Notes: a model not told the origin generated them from the sequence alone. Numbered from the stretch's first letter, positions 25,067-33,851 are shown. The stretch is 54,179 nt of DNA from Verrucomicrobiota bacterium (GCA_016190065.1 JACPRI010000259.1:1-54179), one strand, 5' to 3'. Numbers and translations are program-made.

Positions 25067-26494
25067 GTGACCCCGGAAAAACCAAGAGAAATTGCCGTGC
25101 GCGCCCTCGAACGATGGGAAAAAGGCGCTCACTTCATTGAGGACGTTTTGCAGCAAGCGTTTGCTCAGGCTCCGTTGACCGGACCCGATCGAGGGTTGGT
25201 CCAGGAACTGATCTACGGCGTGGTGCGGCGGAGGGCCACTTTGGACTGGCTGATCGCTCGGAAAACTGATGACCGGCGTCAAAGCACGCTGGTCCGGCTT
25301 CTCCTGCGCCTGGGCCTGTATCAGATTTTTTGGCTGGACCGAATCCCGGACCACGCGGCGGTGCACGAGACCGTGGAGATGGCCAAGGGGCTCGGCCTGG
25401 GAGCAAAGGCCGGGTTCGTCAATGCCGTGCTTCGGAACTGTCTCCGGGAACGCAAGGCTTTGGAACAAGCACTGGAGGATTTGAAGTCGCGCCAGCCCGC
25501 GGTGGGTTACTCCCATCCGGATTGGCTCTTGAACCGTTGGACTGCTCGATGGGGGAAAGCAGACGCGCTTCGATTGATGCAGTGGAATAACACGCCGTCC
25601 TGCGTGTTCGCACGCGTCAATACGCTGCGGACCGATCCCAAGCACCTAGTCGAGCTTTGGCGTGAGGAAGGCGTCGAGTGCGATCCGTTTTGCCGGGACT
25701 GGATTCCGGAAAATCTCGTCTTCGAACTGAAGAACGTCGCCGGGTTGCCCAGCTTGCCGAGCTTTCAACGAGGACTTTTTTACCTCCAGGATCCAAGCAC
25801 GCTGCTCGCGGCCGAAGAACTGAACCCACAACCGGGGGAAGACGTCCTCGACCTTTGCGCGGCGCCCGGCGGCAAGACGACCTATATTGCACAAATAATG
25901 CGGAACCAGGGCCGAATCGTCGCTCATGATACGCAACCGGACCGGCTCGCGCTGCTGCGGGAAAACTGCACCCGGCTCGGTGTGACTTGCGTCGAGGACC
26001 TTAATGAACCCATCCCTTCGCCCCTCCCAGGAGGGGAACTTGGAACCGGCACGACAAACGAAGCTCGCCTCCTGGGAGGGGACGATGCCGGGGACAAGCA
26101 GGCCTCTTCGGAACAAGCGGCCCCCGTGAAGGCAACCACGCATCACGCATCACGCATTATGCGTTATGACCGCATCCTGGTGGACGCCCCCTGCTCCAAC
26201 ACCGGCGTCATGCGCCGGCGAGTCGATTTGCGTTGGCGCATCCGCCCGGAGGAAATCGAGCGTCTCCGAAAAATCCAGATCGATTTGCTTTGCGCCACGG
26301 CACCCCGATTGAAGCCCGGCGGGATTCTGGTCTATAGCACGTGCAGCCTGGAGCCGGAGGAGAACCGCGGCGTCGTGGAGCAGTTCCTGGCCAAACACTG
26401 CGATTTCACTTTGGAGCGGGAACGGGAGTTGTTGCCGTTTGCGGACGGAGTGGATGGAGCGTACGTCGTTCGGCTGCGCCACAGTAATTCGTGA
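25067..26494 (+). CDS. rsmB: 16S rRNA (cytosine-C5)-methyltransferase RsmB
   Basis: NusB-like N-terminus (EIAVRALERWEKG), then VLDLCAAPGGKT, DRILVDAPCSNTGV and LVYSTCSL. GTG 25067 is the first in-frame start outside the upstream divergent gene. Confidence 0.88.
   Translation: MTPEKPREIAVRALERWEKGAHFIEDVLQQAFAQAPLTGPDRGLVQELIYGVVRRRATLDWLIARKTDDRRQSTLVRLLLRLGLYQIFWLDRIPDHAAVHETVEMAKGLGLGAKAGFVNAVLRNCLRERKALEQALEDLKSRQPAVGYSHPDWLLNRWTARWGKADALRLMQWNNTPSCVFARVNTLRTDPKHLVELWREEGVECDPFCRDWIPENLVFELKNVAGLPSLPSFQRGLFYLQDPSTLLAAEELNPQPGEDVLDLCAAPGGKTTYIAQIMRNQGRIVAHDTQPDRLALLRENCTRLGVTCVEDLNEPIPSPLPGGELGTGTTNEARLLGGDDAGDKQASSEQAAPVKATTHHASRIMRYDRILVDAPCSNTGVMRRRVDLRWRIRPEEIERLRKIQIDLLCATAPRLKPGGILVYSTCSLEPEENRGVVEQFLAKHCDFTLERERELLPFADGVDGAYVVRLRHSNS
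26021..26081. repeat. 61-nt hairpin module inside rsmB (family F)
   Basis: Perfect 14-bp inverted repeat CCCCTCCCAGGAGG / CCTCCTGGGAGGGG around a 33-nt loop. Confidence 0.8.
26137..26170. repeat. heptamer array (family H) inside rsmB
   Basis: CACGCAT x3 perfect (26137-26157), then the inverted degenerate units TATGCGT TATGAC. Confidence 0.7.
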
Positions 26495-26712
26495 AAGAAA
26501 TTCACCGCCTCACGGGCGAGGGCGTAAACATCGTCTTTGATGGCATCGGTGGTACTCACATCTGGCGATCCCGCAAGGCTCTCCGTCCCGGCGGGAGGGT
26601 GGTGGCCTACGGCCTTACTTCCTCGCTACGTGGGGGGACCATTGGCTTCCGGTCGTCCGCTTCAACGCTCCGACGGCTCCTCCCAGCTTTCGCCGGAGAA
26701 GCCCGTTGTTAG
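26491..26712 (+). pseudogene. C-terminal fragment of a medium-chain dehydrogenase/quinone-oxidoreductase gene
   Basis: LTGEGVNIVFDGIGGTHIWRSRKALRPGGRVVAYG matches the C-terminal third of the zinc-type ADH/Qor family. The first roughly 200 codons are absent. The fragment is overlapped by the tail of the opposite-strand IMPase-family gene. Confidence 0.45.
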
Positions 26713-27568
26713 CGATGAGGCGATAGGTGTGCCGACTGGGCAGCGCCTCCCGCCAGAATTCGCCTCCCGCGCATTCGAGGATCAACCCGCCCGCCGCGAT
26801 GTCCCAAATCCGGATGCCCGATTCCAGGTAGGCATCGAATCGCCCGCTGGCGACATAGACCATGGACAACGCGGCGGCGCCCATGATCCGGACCTTCCGC
26901 ACCTTGTGGATCAACCGGTGAAAAACGGGCAGCATCTGTTCGAGCGTGTGGCGATACTTCGCGAAGCCGACCGACACGATGGTTTCGCGAAGTTTGGACC
27001 GCCGGCTGACGCGAATCATTTTCCCATTGAGCCGCGCCGGTTGCCCGCGAATCGCCGTCCAAAGTTCGTCGCAAAACGGATCATAAACGACGCCGAGCCA
27101 AGTTTCATATTCCTCAACCTCACGCGCACGCTTGTTCGTAACGCCGGATTTCAAGCCGGCAAGTTGTGAAGTCTCTCGTCGCCGTCCACGAGGCAGGAAT
27201 GCCTCGGAACCTGCCGACAGGAAGGTCGGCGTCACGCCGCGTGTTTGTAAGGCAATGGAAACACAGGAGTGGGGAACGCCGTAGGCAAAGTTGACTGTCC
27301 CATCAATCGGGTCCACCACCCAGCGGTGTTCGGAGCGTTGATCGCCCAACACGCCTTCCTCTCCCAGCACCGAGAACCCGGGAAAAGCCCGCCGCAGGAT
27401 GCGCTCAATCGTTTTCTGGCAACGGACGTCGAGCACGAGCTTGATGTCGTGCTGATGTTCGAGCGTGGTCGCCTTGGTTGCGTGGCGGTTTTTGCGCATC
27501 AGGCTGCCGGCCGCGTGGGCGGCTTTCACAGCGCAAGCCAAGGCGCGCGTCAATTCATTCGAGTTCAC
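26615..27568 (-). CDS. inositol monophosphatase family protein (SuhB-like)
   Basis: GTG start. Motifs WVVDPIDGTVNFAYGVPHSCVSIAL, GVVYDP and WDIAAG are present. Confidence 0.88.
   Translation of the reverse strand: MNSNELTRALACAVKAAHAAGSLMRKNRHATKATTLEHQHDIKLVLDVRCQKTIERILRRAFPGFSVLGEEGVLGDQRSEHRWVVDPIDGTVNFAYGVPHSCVSIALQTRGVTPTFLSAGSEAFLPRGRRRETSQLAGLKSGVTNKRAREVEEYETWLGVVYDPFCDELWTAIRGQPARLNGKMIRVSRRSKLRETIVSVGFAKYRHTLEQMLPVFHRLIHKVRKVRIMGAAALSMVYVASGRFDAYLESGIRIWDIAAGGLILECAGGEFWREALPSRHTYRLIANNGLLRRKLGGAVGALKRTTGSQWSPHVARK
27189..27230. repeat. two family-G hairpins inside the IMPase-family CDS
   Basis: CGAGGCA-ggaa-TGCCTCG (27189-27206) and GCCGAC-aggaag-GTCGGC (27213-27230). Confidence 0.65.
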
Positions 27569-27687
27569 GCGGCCGAGCGCAACACAAACCGGCGCCAGCG
27601 TTCAAGCAAGAAGTGCGCGGTCCAGTGGGGCATCGACACTGCCGCCCTTCTTTGCTCCCTCTCCCGCGACAAAGGAGTTTTACGATT

Positions 27688-27719
27688 TCAACGATTTAAC
27701 CTTGTAACGTTTTAACGAG
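27688..27719 (+). repeat. 32-nt AT-rich octamer-phased motif, copy 2 (candidate promoter/operator of ffh)
   Basis: TCAACGATTTAACCTTGTAACGTTTTAACGAG ends 75 nt upstream of the ffh ATG, in the same orientation as ffh. Confidence 0.7.
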
Positions 27720-27794
27720 CTCGGTTGCGCCTTGCGGCGCTTAATCAACTGCGCGCCTTGTCAATCCCGCGTCCCTGCTCTAACGTCCTCTCGT

Positions 27795-29129
27795 ATGTTT
27801 GATACGCTGAGCGGCAAGCTGCAAAATGTTTTCAAGAACCTGCGTGGCCTCGGAAAGATTTCGGAGTCGAATATTAGCGATTCCATTCGCGACGTCCGGT
27901 TGGCGTTGCTCGATGCCGATGTCAATTTTAAGGTCGCCCGCGATTTCATCGAACGGGTCAAGGAGCAAGCGGTCGGTCAGCAAGTCATCCAGAGCATCCA
28001 GCCTGGCCAGCAGATCATCAAAATCATTCACGACGAATTGGTGAACCTGCTCGGCTCGGCCAACGCCGGCCTGGAACTGAGCGGGAATCCGGGCTGCGTG
28101 ATGCTCGTCGGGCTGCACGGTTCTGGCAAAACCACCTCCGCTGGCAAATTGGCACGCTGGCTCAGCAAACAAGGCCGCCACCCGCTGCTGGTCGCATGCG
28201 ACGTGTATCGTCCTGCGGCCATGGAACAGCTCGAAACCCTTGGCCGCCAGCTCGAGCTGCCGGTCTTTGTCCGAAAAGGCGAGACGGACGTCTTGAAGAT
28301 CGCGCGCGAGTCGCTGGATTTCGCCCGGACCAACCACCGCAACGCGGTCATCTTCGACACCGCGGGCCGCCTTCAAATCGACGAGCCGCTCGTGCAGGAA
28401 CTGGTTCGCTTACGGGACCTTGTTAAGCCGGAGGAGATTTTGCTCGTGCTCGACGCGGCGACCGGCCAAGAAGCCGTCAATGTGGCGACGCACTTTGATC
28501 GGGCCTTACAGCTCACCGGCATCGTCCTGACGCGGCTGGATGGCGACGCCCGCGGCGGCGCGGCCCTCAGTCTGAAAGCGGTCACGGGCAAACCGATCAA
28601 ATTTGTCGGCGTCGGTGAGAAGTCCGAAGATTTCGAGCCGTTCCATCCCGAACGCATGGCGTCGAGAATTCTGGGCATGGGCGACGTCGTGAGCCTGGTG
28701 GAACGCGCGGCCGAGGCCGTGGATTTGGATGAGGCCAAGCGGATGGAAGAAAAGATGCGCAAGGGCCAGTTCACGCTGGAGGATTTTCTGGATCAGTTGC
28801 GCCAGATGCGAAAGCTCGGTTCTCTCGAAAGCATCGTCGGCCTGCTCCCCGGCGGCTCGGAGATGCTTCAAGGCGCGGACCTGAGCAAAAGCGAAAAAGA
28901 ATTCCGGCGGATGGAAGGCATGATCTGCGCGATGACGCCGCAGGAACGGCGGCATCCGCAAATCTTAAACGCCCGGCGGCGGCAAAGGATCGCCAAAGGC
29001 AGCGGTGTCTCGGTCGCGGAATTGAACAACCTCCTGAACAAATTCAATCAGATGCAGCAGATGATGCGGAAGATGGGCAAGCTGCAAAAGATGATGAAGC
29101 GCATGGGCGGCGTGATGCCGCGGTTGTGA
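27795..29129 (+). CDS. ffh: signal recognition particle protein
   Basis: MFDTLSGKLQNVFKNLRG, GLHGSGKTTSAGKLA, DTAGRL and a Met-rich M domain. ATG 27795 is preferred to the track start 27732. Confidence 0.97.
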   Translation: MFDTLSGKLQNVFKNLRGLGKISESNISDSIRDVRLALLDADVNFKVARDFIERVKEQAVGQQVIQSIQPGQQIIKIIHDELVNLLGSANAGLELSGNPGCVMLVGLHGSGKTTSAGKLARWLSKQGRHPLLVACDVYRPAAMEQLETLGRQLELPVFVRKGETDVLKIARESLDFARTNHRNAVIFDTAGRLQIDEPLVQELVRLRDLVKPEEILLVLDAATGQEAVNVATHFDRALQLTGIVLTRLDGDARGGAALSLKAVTGKPIKFVGVGEKSEDFEPFHPERMASRILGMGDVVSLVERAAEAVDLDEAKRMEEKMRKGQFTLEDFLDQLRQMRKLGSLESIVGLLPGGSEMLQGADLSKSEKEFRRMEGMICAMTPQERRHPQILNARRRQRIAKGSGVSVAELNNLLNKFNQMQQMMRKMGKLQKMMKRMGGVMPRL

Positions 29130-29197
29130 CTGCCGGATCGGCCCCAGTTCACGCAACGCCCGTGACCCTAAAGTTGAATCGCTTGAGTTCTTTGTGG

Positions 29198-29247
29198 TCT
29201 TCGTTGCCTTCTGTAATCAACAAAAGGAAACGAAGGTAACGAAGAGA
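29198..29247. repeat. family D inverted repeat, copy 3; possible terminator
   Basis: CTTCGTTGCCTTC ... GAAGGTAACGAAG with about a 20-nt loop, 70 nt after the ffh stop. Confidence 0.55.
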
Positions 29248-29296
29248 GCAACTCCAAGAGTTACCCTTCCACAAAGCCGTTTTTTCGCCTTCGGCG

Positions 29297-29383
29297 AAGT
29301 CTTTGTCTAAAACTTTGTCGATTTCTCGAGGCAGTCCCGACCCGTTCGACAAAGGCCGCGACGAAGTTTGCGACAAAGTCTTC
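29297..29383. repeat. family E nested inverted repeat (TTTGTCG-type units)
   Basis: GAAGTCTTTGTC / GACAAAGTCTTC (outer) and AACTTTGTCGA / TCGACAAAGG (inner). Confidence 0.5.
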
Positions 29384-29407
29384 TCTTTGGGACAAGCTCA
29401 GGGTAAG

Positions 29408-30490
29408 TCAGCCTGCCTGTCGTGCTTGAATCTGTTCCATCGCCCATCGCGCGTGCTCTGCGATGAGCGGCTCCTCGTCGCGCGCCGCCCGTTCCAATGC
29501 CGGCAACGCGTTTTGGTCCCCCACGTTCCCCAGCGCAACGCACACGTTTCGCAAGAGGCCGCGGCGTTTCGTCCGGAGTATCGGCGTGTTGGCGAAGCGG
29601 CGTTTGAACGCAGCGTCGTCCAGCGCGAGCAATTCCAGAAGATCCGGCGTTGCCAAATCCGTCCGCGCGTATTGTTTCATCAGGTTCCCTTCGCGCGCGA
29701 ATCGGTTCCACGGGCAAACTTCCAGGCAATCGTCGCAACCAAAAATCCGCGCGCCCATCGCCGGGCGCAGTTCGACCGGAATCGCGCCGCGCAGTTCGAT
29801 CGTGAGGTACGAGATGCAACGGCGCGCATCGAGTTGGAAGGGAGCGACGATGGCTTGCGTCGGGCAGGCGGCGAGGCAGCGTGCGCACGAACCGCAAAGG
29901 TTTTTGGCCGGCGTATCCGGATCGAGGCGCAGCGTCGTGATGATCTCGGCCAAAAAGAACCAATTGCCCAGTTGGCGGCTGATCAAGTTCGTGTGCTTCC
30001 CGATGAATCCCAGGCCCGACCGTTGCGCGAGGTCGCGTTCGAGCAACGGCCCGGTATCGACATACCACAGCGAACGCGTCCCTGCTCCACCGAGGTCGTT
30101 AATATGCTGCGCCAGTTTTTTCAAGCGCTCCGCAAGCACGTCGTGGTAGTCGGTGTAGCGGGCGTAGCGGGCTACAATTCCGGCGGAGCGTGGAGCGTGG
30201 AGCGTGGAGCGTGGGGCGTGATCCGTAAAACGTGAAACGTAAGGGGCACCTGATAAGTCGGAGCGGCTGGCGTAGTTGACGGCCAGAGTGATGATGGTTT
30301 TTGCGTCGGCCAGCACCTCTTGCGGATTGACGCGTTTGGAGGCGTTGCGCTCCAGGTAGGCCATTTCGCCATGGTAGCGAGCCGCGAGCCAACGGCGGAA
30401 TTCCAGAGCTGCCGAAGGCGGTTCCGCCGTGGTAATTCGGCAGGCATCAAAGCCCAGTTCCAGCGCTCGGTGCAGAATGCTGTTTTTCAC
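29408..30490 (-). CDS. queG: epoxyqueuosine reductase
   Basis: GTG start. Motifs CGSCARCLAACPTQAI, CISYLTIE and IFGCDDCLEVCPWN, with a HEAT-like C-terminus. Confidence 0.92.
   Translation of the reverse strand: MKNSILHRALELGFDACRITTAEPPSAALEFRRWLAARYHGEMAYLERNASKRVNPQEVLADAKTIITLAVNYASRSDLSGAPYVSRFTDHAPRSTLHAPRSAGIVARYARYTDYHDVLAERLKKLAQHINDLGGAGTRSLWYVDTGPLLERDLAQRSGLGFIGKHTNLISRQLGNWFFLAEIITTLRLDPDTPAKNLCGSCARCLAACPTQAIVAPFQLDARRCISYLTIELRGAIPVELRPAMGARIFGCDDCLEVCPWNRFAREGNLMKQYARTDLATPDLLELLALDDAAFKRRFANTPILRTKRRGLLRNVCVALGNVGDQNALPALERAARDEEPLIAEHARWAMEQIQARQAG
30186..30241. repeat. heptanucleotide tandem array (family H) inside queG
   Basis: GAGCGTG x4 perfect (30186-30213), then GGGCGTG ATCCGTA AAACGTG AAACGTA. 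Confidence 0.85.
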
Positions 30491-31031
30491 GAGGCGAAGG
30501 GTTGGCCTGGGCGGCTCGGAATTGATGGGCCACTTGCAGGGCGACCTCTTTGACCGAACGAATGTCCGTGCCGATCAACACGTCGGCCTGGCGATAAAAT
30601 CCCTCGCGTTCGGCCAGCAATTGGCGAATTGTCGCCAGCGGGTCGGGGGTGTTGAGAAGCGGGCGATGGGCCTGGTGGCGGACGCGGCGCCAAATGACTT
30701 CCGGCGCGGCCCAGAGGCAAACGACGAGCGCGTGTGTTTTCAAGCTGGCTAGGTTGGCCGGGTTGGTCACCAGCCCCCCTCCGGCGGCGATGACCGTCCG
30801 GCGATAGCGCGCCAAGTCTTCCACCACGGCGTACTCGTGCTCGCGAAATCGCGCCTCACCTTCTTCGGCAAAAATGGCGCTGATCTTTTTGCCGGTCCGG
30901 CGCTCGATCAGGACGTCGGTATCGACGAGGCGAAAATGGAGGATGCGCGCGAGCAGATGGCCGACGGAAGTTTTCCCGGTGCCCATGAACCCGACGAGCG
31001 CGATATTGTGCAGGTGCCGCGACTGACTCAC
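30447..31031 (-). CDS. aroK: shikimate kinase
   Basis: GTG start preceded by GGAAGGAG. Motifs IALVGFMGTGKTSVG and VDTD. The C-terminal tail overlaps the queG start by 44 nt. Confidence 0.9.
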   Translation of the reverse strand: MSQSRHLHNIALVGFMGTGKTSVGHLLARILHFRLVDTDVLIERRTGKKISAIFAEEGEARFREHEYAVVEDLARYRRTVIAAGGGLVTNPANLASLKTHALVVCLWAAPEVIWRRVRHQAHRPLLNTPDPLATIRQLLAEREGFYRQADVLIGTDIRSVKEVALQVAHQFRAAQANPSPREKQHSAPSAGTGL

Positions 31032-31073
31032 CTCCTTCCCTTAGCCTAACGGAGAGCGCCAATCACGCAGTTT

Positions 31074-33851
31074 CTATCTTGGATCGAGATTCGCGATGGC
31101 GGCCTTGAGTTTGTCCGAGACGAATCTCTGGTACTCGGGGGCGGTCACTTTGCGGTTATCGGCCTGCGCCACATAGAAGCTGTCGATGGCCGCGCCTTTC
31201 TCCGTGCAAATCTTGGCCAGGGCGATGTCGAGATTCAACTCCGCCAGCGTTTGCGAGATGATATAAAGCAGTCCGACCCGGTCCTCGGTTTGCACGTCGA
31301 TGATGGTGTAGTAGTCGGAGGTGTCGTTGTCGAAGTGGAAGAGGGTCGGGATTTGCTCGCCTTCGAGCGCGCGGTAGATCGGGACGCTCACTTTTTGACG
31401 GGCGATCAACGGCGGGAGATCCAGGTGGCCCGTGAGGGCCGCGTGCAAGAACCGCTCGAACTTCTCGCGTTCTTCGCGGACGGGAAGCAAACCGGTCTTG
31501 GCGTCGGTCACAAAGAAGGTATCCAGAATAATCCCGTCGGTCCGCGAGAAGATTTGGGCGCTCAGGATGTTGAGTCCCGCCGCCGTCAGACAGCCGGTGA
31601 TCTTGCTGAAGAGGCGGGCTCGATCCCAGGTGCAGACGTGCACAGCGGTGTAGCCGCGGTCCGGCTCGTTGTGCCAGTCGATGATCGGTTCGAGCGCCTT
31701 GTCTTCCACGTGCACCTGCAACTGCATGAATCGCTGCACGCGCTCCAGGTCCGACGCGATCTGTTTGGCCGAATGGATTTGAAAATAGCGCGAGGGCAAG
31801 TGGGCGAAGTGGGCCTCGAGATCCTCTTCTCCCAGGTGCGAGGGCATCTGCTTTTGAACGTTCTCGGCCAGAAGTTCGCGCAGTTTTTCTTCGGCGCGCA
31901 GAAAGTCCGTCCCACCCGAAAGCAGGTTCCTGGTCTTATGATAGAGCGCCCAGAGCAACGTGTCCTTGAATCCGTTCCAGAGTTGTTCGCTGGTGCCCTG
32001 GGAATCGGCAAAGGTGTGCAAGGCGAGCATCTCGAGGTTTTCCGGAGACTGGACCAACGCGGCAAAATTCCGGATCACGGCCGCGTCATCCAGGTCGCGG
32101 CGTTGCGAGATTTGAATCATCGCCAGATGCTGTTCCACGAGCAGGCGCAGGGCGTTGGTGGTGGCGCTGTCCAGTCCCAGGCGTTTGGCGACGTTCAGGG
32201 CGAGCTTCCCGCCGAGCGCGGCGTGTTTGCCGGTGTCGTAGGCCTTCCCCGCATCGTGCAACAACAAGGCGAGATACAGGACGAAAGGCCGCTCGATGCG
32301 CTGGAAGACTTCGGCGTAACGGTTGAACGGCGCTTCTTTCGCCTCCCAAACCTGGTCCAGCTTTTCGAGGCACATCAGCGTGTGCTCGTCGGCGGTGTAG
32401 CGGTGATAGAATTCGTGCTGGACCAGACAGGTCAAACGCCCGAACTCCGGCAAATACCGACCGAGCAGCCCGACGTCGTGCATGGCGCGGAGGATGGGAG
32501 CGACGTTGCCGCGCTGATTGAGAATTTCGAGAAACGTTTCGTGGACGTGCCGGTCCTGCAGGAACGTTTTGCCGGCCAGGGACAGATGGTTGCGAACAAG
32601 CTGGATCAGATCGGGGTGCAGCGTGAAACCGCGTTGCTGGGCGTAAAGGAAGACGCGCATCAATCGGCGGGGCTGGTCGCGAAAGACCCGCGGCGAGGCA
32701 GGATGAATCTCTCGGTCCAGGAGCTTGAAGCCATCGAACAACTGCTGCAACGCGCGCTGGCGGCCGCGGCGAATGATTTGGCGCAACGAGGGCAGCCGCT
32801 GCGGTTGCGGCAGCAGGGCCAGCCGCTGCTCCAGGGTGCGCGTGATCAGGTAGATGTTGCGCATGTGCGAATAGAGGTCCCGCATGAATCGCTGGAGCCG
32901 CTTGCTCGGCGAGCGGTCGGTGTAGCCGAGGTGGTGCGCCACCACCGGTTGCAGATTCTTGGCCAGAGCGTCCACGGGCCGGTTGGTCTGGTAATGCAGT
33001 TCGTTGCGCGACCGCAGCAGGAAATCGTAGGCCGCTTCGAGCTGCTTGGACTCGCTCGCGCCGATCAATTCCCGCGTCTCCAATTCCCGCAACGTCCGGA
33101 CGCGGTATTTGAAGAAAGACATCCAAACCAGGTTCTGGAAATCGCGCAATCCGCCGCAGCCATTCTTGATGTTGGGCTCCTGCATGCACGCGGAATTGCC
33201 GAACTTGGCGCGGCGGGCTTCCTGATCGTCAATTCGAGCTTTAATGTAACTCGCTTCAAAGCCGCGCACGCATTTGGCCAGGACGACGGCCTGCATTCTC
33301 TGAAACAGTTCCTCATCCCCGGCGATCAAACGCGCTTCGATCAACGACGTTTTGGACTGCATGTCCGTGTTGGCAATCCTCGCGCAATCATCGACGCTGC
33401 GGACCGAATGGCCGACCTTCAGTCCGATGTCCCACAGCGTGTAAAGCAAACCATCGGTGAGGGCGGAGAGATACGGGCGCGGTTTCCCGTTGAAGACCAG
33501 ATCCCCCGAATGCAGGAACATGATGTCGATGTCGCTCTCCGGATTGAGTTCGCCTCGCCCGTAACCGCCCAGCGCCACCAGGGCGAAGGTGATTTTCCGG
33601 GAGGACGCATCCAACGGCGCGCTCTTTCGGACGGCGTCCAGGAGATAGCGCAGGAGAACATCCAGCACCAGGGCTTGCCCCTGGCACACCTCGCGTCCGC
33701 CGGCTCCGGCGCGATGCTGCATCTTGAGGCGATGGCGTTCGACTTTGAGAAAGTTCTTGTATCGCGCGAGCTCGCTGCTGGGCGCCCGGCTTTGCGGCAG
33801 GACCAGCCGTTGAGCCGCGTGCGCTTCGATCTTTTCGAGCAAGTTCGCCAT
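31074..33851 (-). CDS. glnD: bifunctional [protein-PII] uridylyltransferase/uridylyl-removing enzyme
   Basis: Nucleotidyltransferase N-terminus (GGYGRGELNPESDIDIMFL), HD domain (HEFYHRYTADEHTL, LLHDAGK) and two C-terminal ACT domains. Confidence 0.93.
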   Translation of the reverse strand: MANLLEKIEAHAAQRLVLPQSRAPSSELARYKNFLKVERHRLKMQHRAGAGGREVCQGQALVLDVLLRYLLDAVRKSAPLDASSRKITFALVALGGYGRGELNPESDIDIMFLHSGDLVFNGKPRPYLSALTDGLLYTLWDIGLKVGHSVRSVDDCARIANTDMQSKTSLIEARLIAGDEELFQRMQAVVLAKCVRGFEASYIKARIDDQEARRAKFGNSACMQEPNIKNGCGGLRDFQNLVWMSFFKYRVRTLRELETRELIGASESKQLEAAYDFLLRSRNELHYQTNRPVDALAKNLQPVVAHHLGYTDRSPSKRLQRFMRDLYSHMRNIYLITRTLEQRLALLPQPQRLPSLRQIIRRGRQRALQQLFDGFKLLDREIHPASPRVFRDQPRRLMRVFLYAQQRGFTLHPDLIQLVRNHLSLAGKTFLQDRHVHETFLEILNQRGNVAPILRAMHDVGLLGRYLPEFGRLTCLVQHEFYHRYTADEHTLMCLEKLDQVWEAKEAPFNRYAEVFQRIERPFVLYLALLLHDAGKAYDTGKHAALGGKLALNVAKRLGLDSATTNALRLLVEQHLAMIQISQRRDLDDAAVIRNFAALVQSPENLEMLALHTFADSQGTSEQLWNGFKDTLLWALYHKTRNLLSGGTDFLRAEEKLRELLAENVQKQMPSHLGEEDLEAHFAHLPSRYFQIHSAKQIASDLERVQRFMQLQVHVEDKALEPIIDWHNEPDRGYTAVHVCTWDRARLFSKITGCLTAAGLNILSAQIFSRTDGIILDTFFVTDAKTGLLPVREEREKFERFLHAALTGHLDLPPLIARQKVSVPIYRALEGEQIPTLFHFDNDTSDYYTIIDVQTEDRVGLLYIISQTLAELNLDIALAKICTEKGAAIDSFYVAQADNRKVTAPEYQRFVSDKLKAAIANLDPR

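Noticed and set aside
30186-30241. The tandem and hairpin repeats considered as a possible CRISPR array.
   Set aside because: The units are 7-8 nt arrays or isolated hairpin elements. There is no series of 25-40-nt direct repeats separated by unique spacers, and no cas genes occur in the window.
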